Source: Octopus sinensis
Taxonomy: Eukaryota
NCBI RefSeq assembly: GCF_006345805.1
Contig: NC_043001.1
Span: 104,966,001-105,030,000, forward strand
Length of the DNA: 64,000 nt
Reading direction: 5' to 3'
The notes under the pieces are model-generated. The model ran no database searches, had not been told where the DNA came from, and saw only the letters and a list, made by a program, of their open reading frames with translations. Positions 1 through 11,866 of the stretch are shown in pieces (positions within the stretch are counted from its first letter, which is position 1; the number at the start of each line of letters is the position of its first letter). The position numbers and the translations under genes are program-made.

Positions 1-407
1 ATAACAAAAATATGTGTGATGAAAACCATTTTTTTTTTTGTTTTATGATACTCTTTTACAAAATTGATAAAGAATTAAACGATGGTAACCGATATTTTGT
101 TTCTTTTGTTTTATTTCTATAGGTTTTAACCACATGAACGGAAGATAGTTCTATCATTCATGGAAGAACAATTTGTTAAATACAGAAAAGAAAAGAACAT
201 TCTTTCAAGTAATTGCACTTTTACTTATTTTCGTGTGTCACAGTTTTGCAAGGTGAATGGTAGAGAAGAAGAAGAAGAAATGTTACCACGCACTGTTTCG
301 TTATGTTCTTATTCCATAAGCAGCTGAGATCGACTTTGCTTCTCATTTCCCCAGAGTCGATAAAATATGTACCATTCAAACAGAGAGGATTTTTTGATTA
401 AATCGAT

Positions 408-438
<31 letters not shown>

Positions 439-727
439 ATATCCTCCCCTTCTCTCACCCCCTCGCCTTCCTTTCTCTCAAACTCTCTCGCTTATATTTG
501 CGGCTGTGTTAATCCAAACGACAGAAATCGATATTAGTCACGATATACTTTGTAAATAGAAACCCGATAGCATTTAGGAATGAAAGAAAAGGGGGAAAAA
601 TGAATTTCAGGACATGGATGGCTAAGTAGGAAATGTAACACCATCTGACAACACCGACATAACGAGGGTTCGCATTCTTTGAACGACACCGCATTGCTTC
701 TCGAGCACAGTTGCTTAACTTTCAGAT

Positions 728-769
728 ATAATAATAATAATAATAATAACAATAAAACTAATAATAATA

Positions 770-823
<54 letters not shown>
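728..823. repeat. (TAA)n/(ATT)n microsatellite
   Basis: Direct reading; TAA run switching to ATT run. Confidence 0.95.
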
Positions 824-1378
824 GAGTGAGAGAGCAGTTCATGCCATCAAAGTGACACTGGGGTAAAATATACGAAGCCCAATATACCCATCATGACTAC
901 CCGCCTGATAAGGGTACACCAGGCACATGCATCACAACCATATGTGCGCGACATGGTGATCTCATATCAAGATAAACAGAACATGACCTTGCAGGTGGGG
1001 CCCAGTTAGAATTTTCTTCAGGTTGAGTAGCCCATCCCGCTCAAAAGGTCCCTGAATAAGGGTTGTTTAAGGATGTTGAAAGAACCACCCATGTTTCCAG
1101 AGGTGAATCATTCAAACCCCAAAGAATCCCTCTCAACACATGGCTATAATGCTCCCCCACTACTTCTGCTCGTGATCAGAGATGCACATATCGTCAGCCA
1201 CTAAGGGACATGCTCAACTGGTTACGGTCAAACAACTGACAAGCAAATCTGTGGTATTGAGGAGAATATTTGCTGTAGCCCATCTTTTATACCAAGACAA
1301 AACAATGTACATGATAACACTTGCGATCAGTTAAGATCAGAAGCCATGAGAGCCACTGCCTGGTACTGCATCAGGGCA
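824..1378. mobile_element. Unclassified ~555-bp dispersed non-coding repeat flanked by (ATT)n on both sides
   Basis: Second copy at 34652-35012 (same ends GAGTGAGAGA...TCAGGGCA, ~190-bp internal deletion), also ATT-flanked. Confidence 0.8.
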
Positions 1379-1394
1379 TTATTATTATTATTAT

Positions 1395-2092
1395 TCAGTA
1401 GTTTTATTTTTATAGCGTGCTTTCACTTCACTACCGAGCGCAGCTCTGTGTGCCTTGGGTATGTGCTGTGATTTGTTGTGATGCTCTGATGGTTATTGTA
1501 TGGAAAGTGTTCTGCGTAGGATGTGTGCAGTGCCTAGTAGTGCAATTTTCTGTATGTTATATGTGTTTGTAAGTCCTGGTGTTTTTGTTATGTATTTGTC
1601 TGAATATTTTTTTATCATGCCTAATGCACCTACTATGATAGGAATTGTTTCTGTTTTCAGATTCCACATTCTAGTTACCTCTATTTCCAGGTCTTTGTAT
1701 TTTGAGAGTTTCTTCATTTCTTTTAGAGACACGTTGTCATCTGCCGGTATTGATACATCAATTAGAAAGCATTTTTTTCTTCATGATCTCTGACAACTAT
1801 ATCTGGTCTGTTGGCCTTAATTTCTCTATCTGTGTGTATCGGCATATCCCAGAGTATGGTTGCTTTCTCGTTTTCTGTGACCTTTTCTGGTGTGTGCCTA
1901 TACCATCTTTTTTCTGTTGTTATTCCATAATGTTGGCATAGCTTCCAATGTATGTAGGTTCCAACTCTGTCATGTCTGTGAATATATTCCTTCTTAGCCA
2001 GGACTGGGCAGCTAGAGATAATATAATTTATTGTTTCTTGTCCATCTCCACATATTCTGCAGTTACTTGTAATATTTCTTTTCATTACATGT
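1395..2092 (-). mobile_element. 5'-truncated RLE-type non-LTR retrotransposon (R4/Dong/HERO-like), family 1
   Basis: ORFs 1762-2085 and 1493-1732 (frameshifted): CCHC-like CRICG..ETINYIISSC, RHDRV..IHWKLC, ILWD..RPDIV, KYKDL..MW..IPIIVGALG; 3' UTR ends in a TAA tail. Confidence 0.9.
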
Positions 2093-2109
2093 TTTTTTAA
2101 GTTAAATTA

Positions 2110-2478
2110 AAATACATGAGCAGCAACAGTTCTCACATCGACAATGCTCTTCTCAATACGTGTGATGTACCAGTTAAGACAATCTTTTGCACTTCTTGCA
2201 GGGATGGTAAGCCAGGGATCATTCTCATATAATTTTCGGTTCCCTTCTTGATCATTCCTAGTGCTCCTACGATCACTGGTATTGTAACCGCCTTGAGGTG
2301 CCACATTTTCTCAATTTCAATGAGTAGGTCTTTATATTTTCTGAGCTTGTCAAACTCTTTCGCTGAGATAATATGATCACAGGGGATGCTCATGTCGATC
2401 AATAAGCAAACTTTATTGTTTTGGTCTTTCACAACAATATCTGGTTTATTGGCCTTGATGGTTCGGTCTGTATGTACT

Positions 2479-2480
<2 letters not shown>
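2110..2480 (-). mobile_element. RLE-type non-LTR retrotransposon 3' fragment, family 2
   Basis: ORF 2133-2432: LLIDMSIP..KYKDLLIEIEKMWHLKAVTIPVIVGALG; upstream KANKPDIVV; adjoins (ATT)n at 2480-2545. Confidence 0.88.
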
Positions 2481-2517
<37 letters not shown>

Positions 2518-2551
2518 TATTATTATTATATTATTATTATTATTATCGTTA

Positions 2552-2762
2552 AGGCAGTGAGCTGGCAGAACCGTTAGTACTCCGGGTAAAATGCTTAGTG
2601 ATGTCTCGTCCGTCTTTATGTTCGAAGTTCAAATTCCGTCGTGGTTGACTTTGTCTTTTATCCTTTTGAAGTCGATAAAATAAGTGTCACTCGAGCACTG
2701 GGGTCGATGAAATCGACTAATCCCCTACACCGAAGCTGGAACCCTGGTACCAAAATCTAAAA
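2552..2762 (+). mobile_element. SINE family A (GGCGGCGAGCTGGCAG head), degenerate
   Basis: Matches the many family A copies; B-box-like GTTCAAATTCC. Confidence 0.8.
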
Positions 2763-3670
2763 CCAATATTAAAGCTGACGCTTTTTTTTTTTTTTTAACT
2801 TCTTAAAAATCTAAAACAGTACTTTAATGGCGGCTCCGCGTTTAAAAATTGAACGAAGAATATTTCATACATTGAAATACGACCAATGATTTTAGACGAC
2901 ATCGAGAGATATAATTATTAGAATTATTGCTAGCTCCAATTACACTAATGACGGACGAGTATGGAACTTAACACCTGAAGCAAAGAAATAAAACTGTGCA
3001 AAGTTTATCGCTTCTCGTCCCCTTGTAATGAACTTTAAATGAGAACTGTAATCCATTTCATAGAATTTATTCACCAACAGTTTATCATTACGTTAGTACG
3101 AAGACTACTTATTGATTGAATTATATATTTCTTCCTTCTCCAGGTTATTAATATTTACTCTTCTCCATGTTGCACCTACTAGAAACTACATGAAACTTAG
3201 TTAAACTGTTGAGATTGCAGTTTTTCACTCTTCTTTCCTCTCCTTTATATTTATGGTTAAAGAATGTGAAGAGTGCATAAGTGTTTGATTGCCGCGCTTT
3301 TATTGCGCACCGTTAATTGAAAGGACTTGCAGTTCATTGGATGGTTTTCCTCTGACGTAAGTTCGGTTGCGTTTATGGCTTTACTGGCAAAGTTTGTTTA
3401 GCCAATTAATATATTATATAATTTTGTTGTTTTTTACGAGGTCTTTCATTTTCTCGTTGGTGTTTCATTTGGGACTGAATTTCACCAGTGCTGCAGGTGA
3501 ATCATTAAAGAATCGATTATTATGCTAGTGTGAGCATAAGGTAAATTTGTTAGTGAACCACGGTGACAGAGTTTTTGCTTTTGTAATATCACTTAATGCG
3601 TCTTTCTGTCAACTACACGTGAGCTACATAAGTGTATAGAACCAACGGTTGTAGAATTTATAGATTGCTT

Positions 3671-3710
<40 letters not shown>

Positions 3711-3713
<3 letters not shown>

Positions 3714-3938
3714 CTTTACTACCCACAAGGGGTAAACACAGAGGGAACAAACAAAGACAGACAAACGGATTAAGTCGATTATATCGACCCCAGTGCGTAA
3801 CTGCAACTTAATTTATCGACCCCGAAAGAATGAAAGGCAAAGTCGACCTCGGCGGAATTTGAACTCGGAACGTATCGAGAGACGAAATACGGCTACGCAT
3901 TTCGCCCGGCATGCTAACGTTTCTGCCAGCTCGCCGCC
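3711..3938 (-). mobile_element. SINE family A, full length
   Basis: Reverse complement of copy 23542-23772, including the GTTTGTC..GTGGGTAGTAAAGAAA tail. Confidence 0.9.
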
Positions 3939-4104
3939 TTCATCGTACATATATATACATATATACATAGAGTAGGCAACTATCGTACAGAATTTCATAC
4001 ATACATTTCCAAAATAACTGTAAAAAGATACAGTGAAATCGTGTCTGTGATTAGCGTTGCAGAACCTTGACAAAGGGTTGTGATAATTTAAAATACGATT
4101 ACGC

Positions 4105-4351
4105 TTACTCTTTTACTCTTTTGCTTGTTTCAGTCATTTGACTGCGGCCATGCTGGAGCACCATTTTTAGTTTTAGCAAATCGACCCCAGGACTTATTCT
4201 ATCGGTCTCTTGCCGAACCGCTAAGTTACGGGGATGTAAACACATCAGCATCGGTTGTCAAGCAATGTTGGCGAGACAAACACAGACGCACAAACATACA
4301 CACACACACACATACACACACACACACATACACACACACACACACACACGC

Positions 4352-4396
<45 letters not shown>

Positions 4397-4556
4397 CATA
4401 CATACATGCATACATATATACGACGGGTTTCTTTCAGTTTCCGTCTGCCAATCCACTCACAAGGCATTGGTCGACCAAGGTGCCACGCAGTAGGACTGAA
4501 CACGGAACCGTGTGGTTGGTAAGCACGCTACTTACCACACGGCCACTCCTGCGCCT
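4105..4556 (-). mobile_element. SINE family B (tRNA-like head AGGCGCAGGAGTGGC, internal CA/TA microsatellite)
   Basis: A-box/B-box-like head at 4556-4490 and tail GACTGAAACAAG; homologous to 45743-46180 and 24170-24547. Confidence 0.88.
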
Positions 4557-4839
4557 ATTGATAATTAAAATACTAAAATTACTAATTAAAATACGAAAAT
4601 GAAGATAGCAATTGTGTGTTTTTCTAACTGGCTGAAATGACTCTTCCATGTTGCCTCAGTTCTAACACATGATCTTAGATCAATTCTCTCGCGTAAGTAC
4701 AACTCAGAAATTATAGGATCATTCAATCAATTTAATATTCGTGTGGTTTGTAGTTTCTTAACAATTTCTCTGTATAACAGGTCCTGTATCAAGCGATGAA
4801 AATAAGTGCCAGGCGTTCATCCTAACCTATAATTCCTTT

Positions 4840-4871
<32 letters not shown>

Positions 4872-5164
4872 AAATTCCTGGGAAAGGCTTCATAAATGAA
4901 ATAGTTAATGACTAAACATGCAGCATGGTAGCCATTAGTCTGTTTAGTCTGTCAGATTTGGCAGAGCAGAGAACAAAAGTCATAAACCACCTGCAGTTGG
5001 TATTATTGTAATTCTTTAGCATTTACCGATTGTAGATTTATTTCTAGGGTGTGACTATAAACCTTATTAAATATGTGACACGAACTGCTTAGTTTAATTA
5101 AATTTCTGTTGTTAAATTTTAATTATTTTTAATCTTTTATCTCAAAGTATAATTTTGGTTTCAA

Positions 5165-5369
5165 ATTTTGGCACAATGCCAGCAATTTCGAGGGAGCGGC
5201 TAAGTCGATTTACATCAACTCCAGTACTTTCCTGATACTTATTTCATCGACCCCGAAAAGATGAAAGGCAAAGTCGACCTCGGTGGAATTTGAACTCAGA
5301 ACGTAAAGACGAACGAAATGCCGCTGAGCATTTCTCCCAGCATGTTAACGATTCTGCCAACTCATCACC
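5165..5369 (-). mobile_element. SINE family A, degenerate
   Basis: Conserved core GAAAGGCAAAGTCGACCTCGG..AATTTGAACTCAGAACGTAA. Confidence 0.85.
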
Positions 5370-6756
5370 ATTATAATTATAATTTTGATAGGTTTTCTTC
5401 TTCTTCTTCGTCGTCTTCATCTTCTTCTTCTTCATCTTCTCCTTCGTCTTCTTCTTTTTCTTATCCTTCTTCTATCTCTTCTGTTTTTCTTCGTACCAAG
5501 GTTTCATTTAAGACGCTTTTGTTCGTTTGTATTTATAAAAATAGCTTCAGTTATGAACCTTCTTTGTTAAATTGAAAGGAGTTTCTTTTTTTATATTTCT
5601 GATGTACATGCAGAGATATAAATGTGTACAAGTGAGAGTATCGCCTTCTTTTGCTGATAACTCCAGATCTAGGAGGGCCTGTCTGCCCAACACACAAGAC
5701 ATTTTGGTAGTCGGAAACTTATTTTACATAAGTAAATTTAGTTCATCACAACCAAAACAAATTGGTGAATGAGGAACATTTGTACCACACAGCGTGTATA
5801 GAGGAATGAATACTTAATATAGAATAAAATCTAATCTATGCCCTTCGTGGTTTCATATTTTATCATTTTTTCCTTACACACTTTCTTTCGTTTTTGTAGA
5901 AATGTGTCTTGTTGACAATTCATAACTACGTAAATCTGGTCTGCATAATTTTCTCTTGCATGTGGTGTCTTTTGATAAAAGAGAAAATATTTTTTGCCTG
6001 AATATCTCAAAATTATAAGGAAACCGAAGAACATATTAGACTACGCAATCCTAGACACGACGCCGAAAATATAAAAGACGCTATGATGGTGTCTGAAAAA
6101 GTTTGATCGTACATTTTCTTCGGTATGATCTCAGCTAAATAATCGCAACAAACGGTAACCTCTTCGAGTTCCTGTGATTTGTTTTTGTTGTAATTTGATT
6201 TTAGTTCTTTTAAACATATTTTCTTCAGAGTGACTTTTCCCCTCACACTATCTCTTCACGTAATCTGTTATTTTCTTTCGTATGTAGTTTATCTTCTATT
6301 TAATGATCTTTTGCTTTTGTCTTGTCGCATTCCGTCTTTTATTCTTCACTTCTAGATAAGGTTGACTGAGATATCATTTTCCTTTGAGGATAATGTACAA
6401 GTTGCTTTTATTACTGTTTAGTCTCGGGTCATTACTGTTGATCAAAAGTTTTCCAAACAATTGTCCTGTCTTTTGTGAATGCCAGACACTGTTCTAAGTT
6501 TATATTATCAAATATACATTGTTCTGATCATTGAGTGAAATGACTTGAAGAAGAGTTGGCTGTTATTTCACGCAGAATGAACGACAGTATAAATATTCTT
6601 AAAAATCAATTAAGTTTGGTAGTTAATTTGAAGATAATTTTTAACATCACAGCTGTTTCTGTTTTTCACAAACTGTTGCCGCCTGTAGCAAATCGAATTC
6701 AATTTACACTGTCATTCATTGTGTAGACTTGTGTTTCCTTTCATTTACAACTTATT

Positions 6757-6845
<89 letters not shown>

Positions 6846-7026
6846 TTAGTTAATCCAACATGAACAAATAGAAATCAACACGCGAGGACGTAGAACACGT
6901 ATAGCGTTATTGGACGCTCAGGAAAGGGAAGATAGATTTAACGTTTCGAGTGGAGCTCTTCGTCAGAAATATAGAAAAAAGGAAAAGTCCAAGGAAGGGA
7001 AGACGGAGAAAGAAAATCGCCAACGA
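6846..7026 (-). mobile_element. Penelope-like element 3' terminal (pLTR) stub between (TA)n arrays
   Basis: Shares G(A/G)CGCTCAGGAA and the hammerhead layout with the 3' end of the Penelope element at 40803-41000. Confidence 0.7.
6936..6970 (-). ncRNA. Minimal type I hammerhead ribozyme
   Basis: Minus strand AUUU-CUGACGA-A-GAG(CUCCA)CUC-GAAA-CGUU/AAAU: intact core, 3-bp stem II, palindromic ACGU stem III, 4-bp stem I, GUU cleavage triplet. Confidence 0.75.
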
Positions 7027-7050
7027 TATATATATATATACATATATATG

Positions 7051-7216
7051 GTGTTTGTACTCCCACCATCGATTGACAACAGATGCTGGTGTGTTTATGT
7101 CCCCATAACTAAGCGGTTCGCAAAGAGTCTATTAGATTAAGTACTAGGCTTACAAAGAATAAACCCTGGGGTGATCCAGTATGGCCGCAGTCTAATGACT
7201 GAAACAAATAAATGAA
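7051..7216 (+). mobile_element. SINE family B 3' half
   Basis: GGTGTGTTTA..TAACTAAGCGGTTCG..ATGGCCGCAGT..GACTGAAACAA as in other family B copies. Confidence 0.8.
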
Positions 7217-7272
7217 TATATATTATTTACATATATATACATAATGTATGTATAAATATATGTATAATATAT

Positions 7273-7304
<32 letters not shown>

Positions 7305-7395
7305 ATATATATAATAACATAGGGTAAAATTATTAAGTATTACTTAAGTATATATATAATAACAAAGGGTAAAATTAATTAATTAAGTATTAATT

Positions 7396-7461
<66 letters not shown>

Positions 7462-8322
7462 ATGTGAATGACAAGTGTGTATATATTTATATACACACAC
7501 ATTTATGTCACTACGGAAATGACTCGGAGTAGCATATTTTTCGCATGGGCAGTAGAAACAAATACAACAATATAATTCTTTATCCGCTGAGCCATTTAGG
7601 TCAGATTCCTTAAAGTGACATGAGCGACATAGCGAAGTACACAGACACCAGAGTCATCAACGAACCTGAGATTGCGAGACAAGGTTAAATCTGACGGTCT
7701 TCATGGAAAGTGACACGCATACGTTGCTCTTATGAGACAAGCAGTGGGAGTCGCTTTGTTATTTGAAGCTGTAGCCTTATCTTATACAGTTCTATAATCA
7801 CTATATACATTCACGTGTGTGTGTGCGCACGAATGACTAAGAGTTAAGTATATTGACAGACAAGACCTAAGTCGGTTAAAAACAGGTCATGTCCGCCAAC
7901 AGCAAGTGAACTGATGCATGTAAATGTTAAATACTGTTCCACTCAGGTAAGCATTGGATGAAAGCCTCTGGCCACTTTCTGCCATCGATAGCCTTCTCCT
8001 TGTTTCGGCGGCAAGACAAGGTCTAATAGGAAGGATATACATTCATGCATACAAACACACAGACACACACACATACATAAATATATATATATTCACTATG
8101 AAGTATTGTGTAGACTATATTGTATAAAGGATCGTGTGTACTTTTCTTCTGCTCATTTGATACCCATCATCCTTTATACAATATATATACATGCATGATA
8201 GTACAAGACCCACATTAGACTTCTTACTCGTATCACTAGCGAACCAAGAGTTTAACTACGATATGTCCTTAGCACTTACTTAGCGTTACCTGACACTCTT
8301 TGGGTCTTCTAGATACCAATAC

Positions 8323-8366
<44 letters not shown>

Positions 8367-8563
8367 TGTATTTCGAGATGGTCATTTGTTTTTGTATTTT
8401 TCTTTGTTTTTGTGGCAAATAAACACACGCACTCTATATTCGTTCTTCACTCGTTTACTGTTCTTCTTCTAACCCATGCCCATCGTCTGGAAATCTTTCG
8501 TCACACATCTGTGACCTCCTCGGCGACACTTTCCATCTTCGTGTGTACTCTTCCTCTACTCAT

Positions 8564-8601
<38 letters not shown>

Positions 8602-8669
8602 AGGAAGTGGCCACATGAAAGAAAAACGCGCTCAAAGCATTTATTTACTAGGAGTTATATATATATATA

Positions 8670-8776
8670 TCCGTTACGTTTTTTGAGTTCAAATTCCGCC
8701 GAAATCGATTTTGCTTTCATCCTTTCGGAGTCGATTAAATAAGTACCAGTTACGCACTAGGGGTCGATGCAATCGT
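8670..8776 (+). mobile_element. SINE family A fragment
   Basis: GAGTTCAAATTCCGCCG..TCATCCTTTCGG..AAGTACCAGTTACGCACT. Confidence 0.8.
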
Positions 8777-8912
8777 CATGATTTCTTTTTAAGGCCGTTT
8801 CGCTTTCATGCGACTTCAAATTTATGAGTGTGAGACATTTGTATACCATTAGCTTTGACTTGTACGCATTTATATCCCCAGGCAGCGGACTGGCCTCATT
8901 CAAACCCTTCAA

Positions 8913-9080
8913 CAGTGGTTCCCAATCTGTGGTGCGCGGAGCCCCTGGTGGTCCACAAAGGTAACGCTGGTGGTCCGTGGACCTGTTAAGCTGACAGACC
9001 TTTCATTATCCTGGGGATCCGTAGGAAAACTCACTTACATAAAGAGCGGTCCTTGGTAATTAAAAGGTTGGGAACCACTG
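8913..9080. mobile_element. Non-autonomous hAT MITE
   Basis: 16-bp TIRs CAGTGGTTCCCAA(T/C)CT; 8-bp TSD CCCTTCAA / CCCTACAA (7/8 match). Confidence 0.9.
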
Positions 9081-9714
9081 CCCTACAACAACGCGTGGAA
9101 GCGCATTGGTTACCAGCGTTGTATAAGGACATCCGATAGCCTGGTCGATAGCTTTATACACTGATATATATTTACGAAATACGTATTTCATGTAATACAG
9201 TTACCTACATGCACGCACGTTGGCGTCAGGACTTTTGCAAATAAAAAATTAAATGTCCAACATTAAACATGTTATAACACGAACGAAGGTTAGTGTTCGT
9301 TGTAACAAATTACTTCGACGGCTTTGCTCTGATCCCGCGTCGTCGTTGTTGTTGTTGTTGTTGTTACCATTTCCCAGCTGCTGCACTTCATATTTCATTA
9401 TTGATGTTCGTTCGGTGATTTTGTTCTTATACAAATGTTGCTGCTATTGACTCTGTCATTATTGCTGTTACACATGCTGCTGCTGCTGCTGTTATTGCTT
9501 GTTGTTGTTGTTGTTGTTGTTTAACTTCATCTAATACTGGATAAGTTTGGAGGGACTACAACACTGAAAGTTATACACAAAACAAATGAAATAACATTGT
9601 CAAATTTATAAAATCATTGAAACGGAATTAGGCTGGACATAACCTTAAACACGCAGATATCTTACCCACGTCTTCACCATCATTATCGTCATCGTCGTCG
9701 CCATCATCATCATC

Positions 9715-9754
<40 letters not shown>

Positions 9755-10024
9755 CCATCATTATCATCATCATCATCTTCATCATCGTCGTCATTGTCAT
9801 CATCATATCTCTGTGATTAGCACAGCCAATCGTTAGGACTCTAGTCCACACGCTCGGCAATGTGACATCGACCATGCTCTCCGCCATTTGATATGCAGAA
9901 GCAGTTCGATGCTGAGGCCTGCTAAGTCGTCTTTGTTGTTGGTCAAACATTTGCTATTTTAGCCCGTTCTTCGATCTCTAAAAATGTGCCCCGGACTCTG
10001 AATTTGAGTTGGGAGGTGTGGCGT

Positions 10025-10119
10025 GTACGTACCAAGTGTACATGTACGTATCAAGTGTACATGTACGTACCAAGTGTACATGTACGTACCAGGTGTACAT
10101 GTATGTTCCAAGTGTACAT
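10025..10119. repeat. 19-bp minisatellite (GTACGTACCAAGTGTACAT) x5
   Basis: Five consecutive units with few substitutions. Confidence 0.9.
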
Positions 10120-10147
10120 ATACACGCCACAACGCACATTTTGGCCC

Positions 10148-10335
10148 AGCACGGAATTTTGTCAGTGAACAATTCGCGGTCTCAAAGCGACGAAAATATT
10201 TTGACAAATTAAATTTAAATGTTGAAGTGAATCTAACGGTTTTTGTGTGTTTTTAAATGGCTTATTAACACCTTCCACGCTGCAATCCAGCACACGATCT
10301 CAGATCATGTCACTTGCTAGGCAAGTACATCACCA
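10148..10335 (+). mobile_element. 5' leader/N-terminus fragment of a Penelope-like element
   Basis: Colinear with the reverse complement of ~44240-44055 (AAAGCGACGAAAATATTTT..GAAGTGAATCTAACG..AAATGGCT..CACCTTCCACGCTGCAAT..CCAGCACACGATCTCAGATCA). Confidence 0.8.
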
Positions 10336-10680
10336 GTATATTTATTGTTTGACCAGATTTATCATCAACAACATTTAGTAATGGCCTTTTCGTCTGTTAT
10401 TGAAGCATAACGTATACAGGAGAAGGACTGCATTATCAAATACATTCTCCTAGTTTTAAAACTAGCAGAGAGTAACTGGAGGAAGATTTTGCTGCTATTT
10501 CTAATTGGCCGGGCGACTGCATGGATGCTTTATTATAAGCATGCAGTGTACGAGTGCATAGTGATCATATTCGTGTATATTTTCGTACGATAGGTCATGT
10601 AGAGTGTAATAAAAATATAGCGAAGGCGGTAAATAAGAAGTAGAAATACCAACGCTGGATAGATGAAGGATAGTCTTCAA

Positions 10681-11433
10681 AAGAAGATGAAAAAGAAGAA
10701 GAAGAAGAAGAAGAAGAAGAAAAAGGAGGGAGAGAAGGAGGAGGAGGAGAAGAAGAAGAAGAAGAAGAAAGAAGAAGAAGAAGAAGAGGAAGAAAAAGGA
10801 GGGAGAGAAGGAGGAGAAGAAGAAGAAAGAAGAAGAAGAAGAGAAGCAGAAGAAGAAGAAGAAGAAGAAGAGAAGCAGAAGGAGGAGGAGAAGGAGGAGA
10901 AGAAGAAGAAGAAGAGGAAGAAGAGGAGGAGGAAGAAGAGGAAGAAGAAGAAGAAGAAAAAGAAGGAGGAGGAGGAGGAGAAGGAGAAGAAGAAAAAGAA
11001 GGAGGAGGAGGAGAAGGAGAAGAAAAAGAAGAAGACGAAAGAAGAAGAGAAGAAGAAGAAAAAGAAGAAGAAGGAGGAAGAGGAGGAGAAGGAGAAGAAA
11101 AAGAAGAAGAAGAAGAAAAAGAAGAAGAGAAGAAGAAGAAAAAGAGAAGAAGAGAAGAAGAAGAAAAAGAAGAAGAAGAGAAGAAGAAGAAAAAGAAGAA
11201 GAAGAAGGAGGAAGAGGAGGAGAAGGAGAAGAAAAAGAAGAAGAAGAGAAGAAGAAGAAAAAGAAGAAGAAGGAGTAAGAGGAAGAGAAGGAGGAGAAGG
11301 AGAAGAAAAAGAAGAAGAAGAAGAAGAAGAAGACGAGAAGAAGAAGACGAGAAGAAGAAGACGAGAAGAAGAAGAAGAAGGAGGAGGAGGAGAAGAAGAA
11401 GTAGAAGAAGAAGAAGAAGAAGAAGAAGAAGAA
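10681..11433. repeat. ~750-bp (GAA/GAG)n polypurine tract
   Basis: Direct reading; the poly-K/E and poly-L/F ORFs here are artefacts. Confidence 0.95.
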
Positions 11434-11828
11434 AGTTAATAATGGCAATAAGATTATCAAAGTTCCAAGAGACACACGAAACAGACTTTTATAGATGTTG
11501 ACACAGATACGTGTCGTGTGTATATAGGTGTATATATGAGACGCTGGAGGTGGATAGTTATTGGTTAGTCGCCTGTGCGTATATTCATCTGTGTTGCAAG
11601 GTGTAGAAGGAGTTGTTTGTAGAGAAAAACAGATTGGTACGAGTAAAGGAATACAAAATATAAAAATGACAAAAATATCAAATTTCACCAATTTGAATCC
11701 TAAGTGGCATCGAGAGGAAAAAGTGCCAAACTTTGCAGAAGCTCAGTGTTTAACTATAATTATGGTATAATGTCTTGGACTGTACTGCTGTCTTCAGTAC
11801 AGTATCCCAAGTGATTTATTTGTTGGTA

Positions 11829-11866
<38 letters not shown>

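Noticed and set aside
824-1378. HDV-like ribozyme at either end of the 555-bp repeat
   Set aside because: Could not assemble P1, P1.1 and P3 with a catalytic C by eye.
10501-11691. 396-aa and 258-aa ORFs (poly-L/F, poly-K/E)
   Set aside because: Stop-free read-through of the GAA/TTC tract; no domain.
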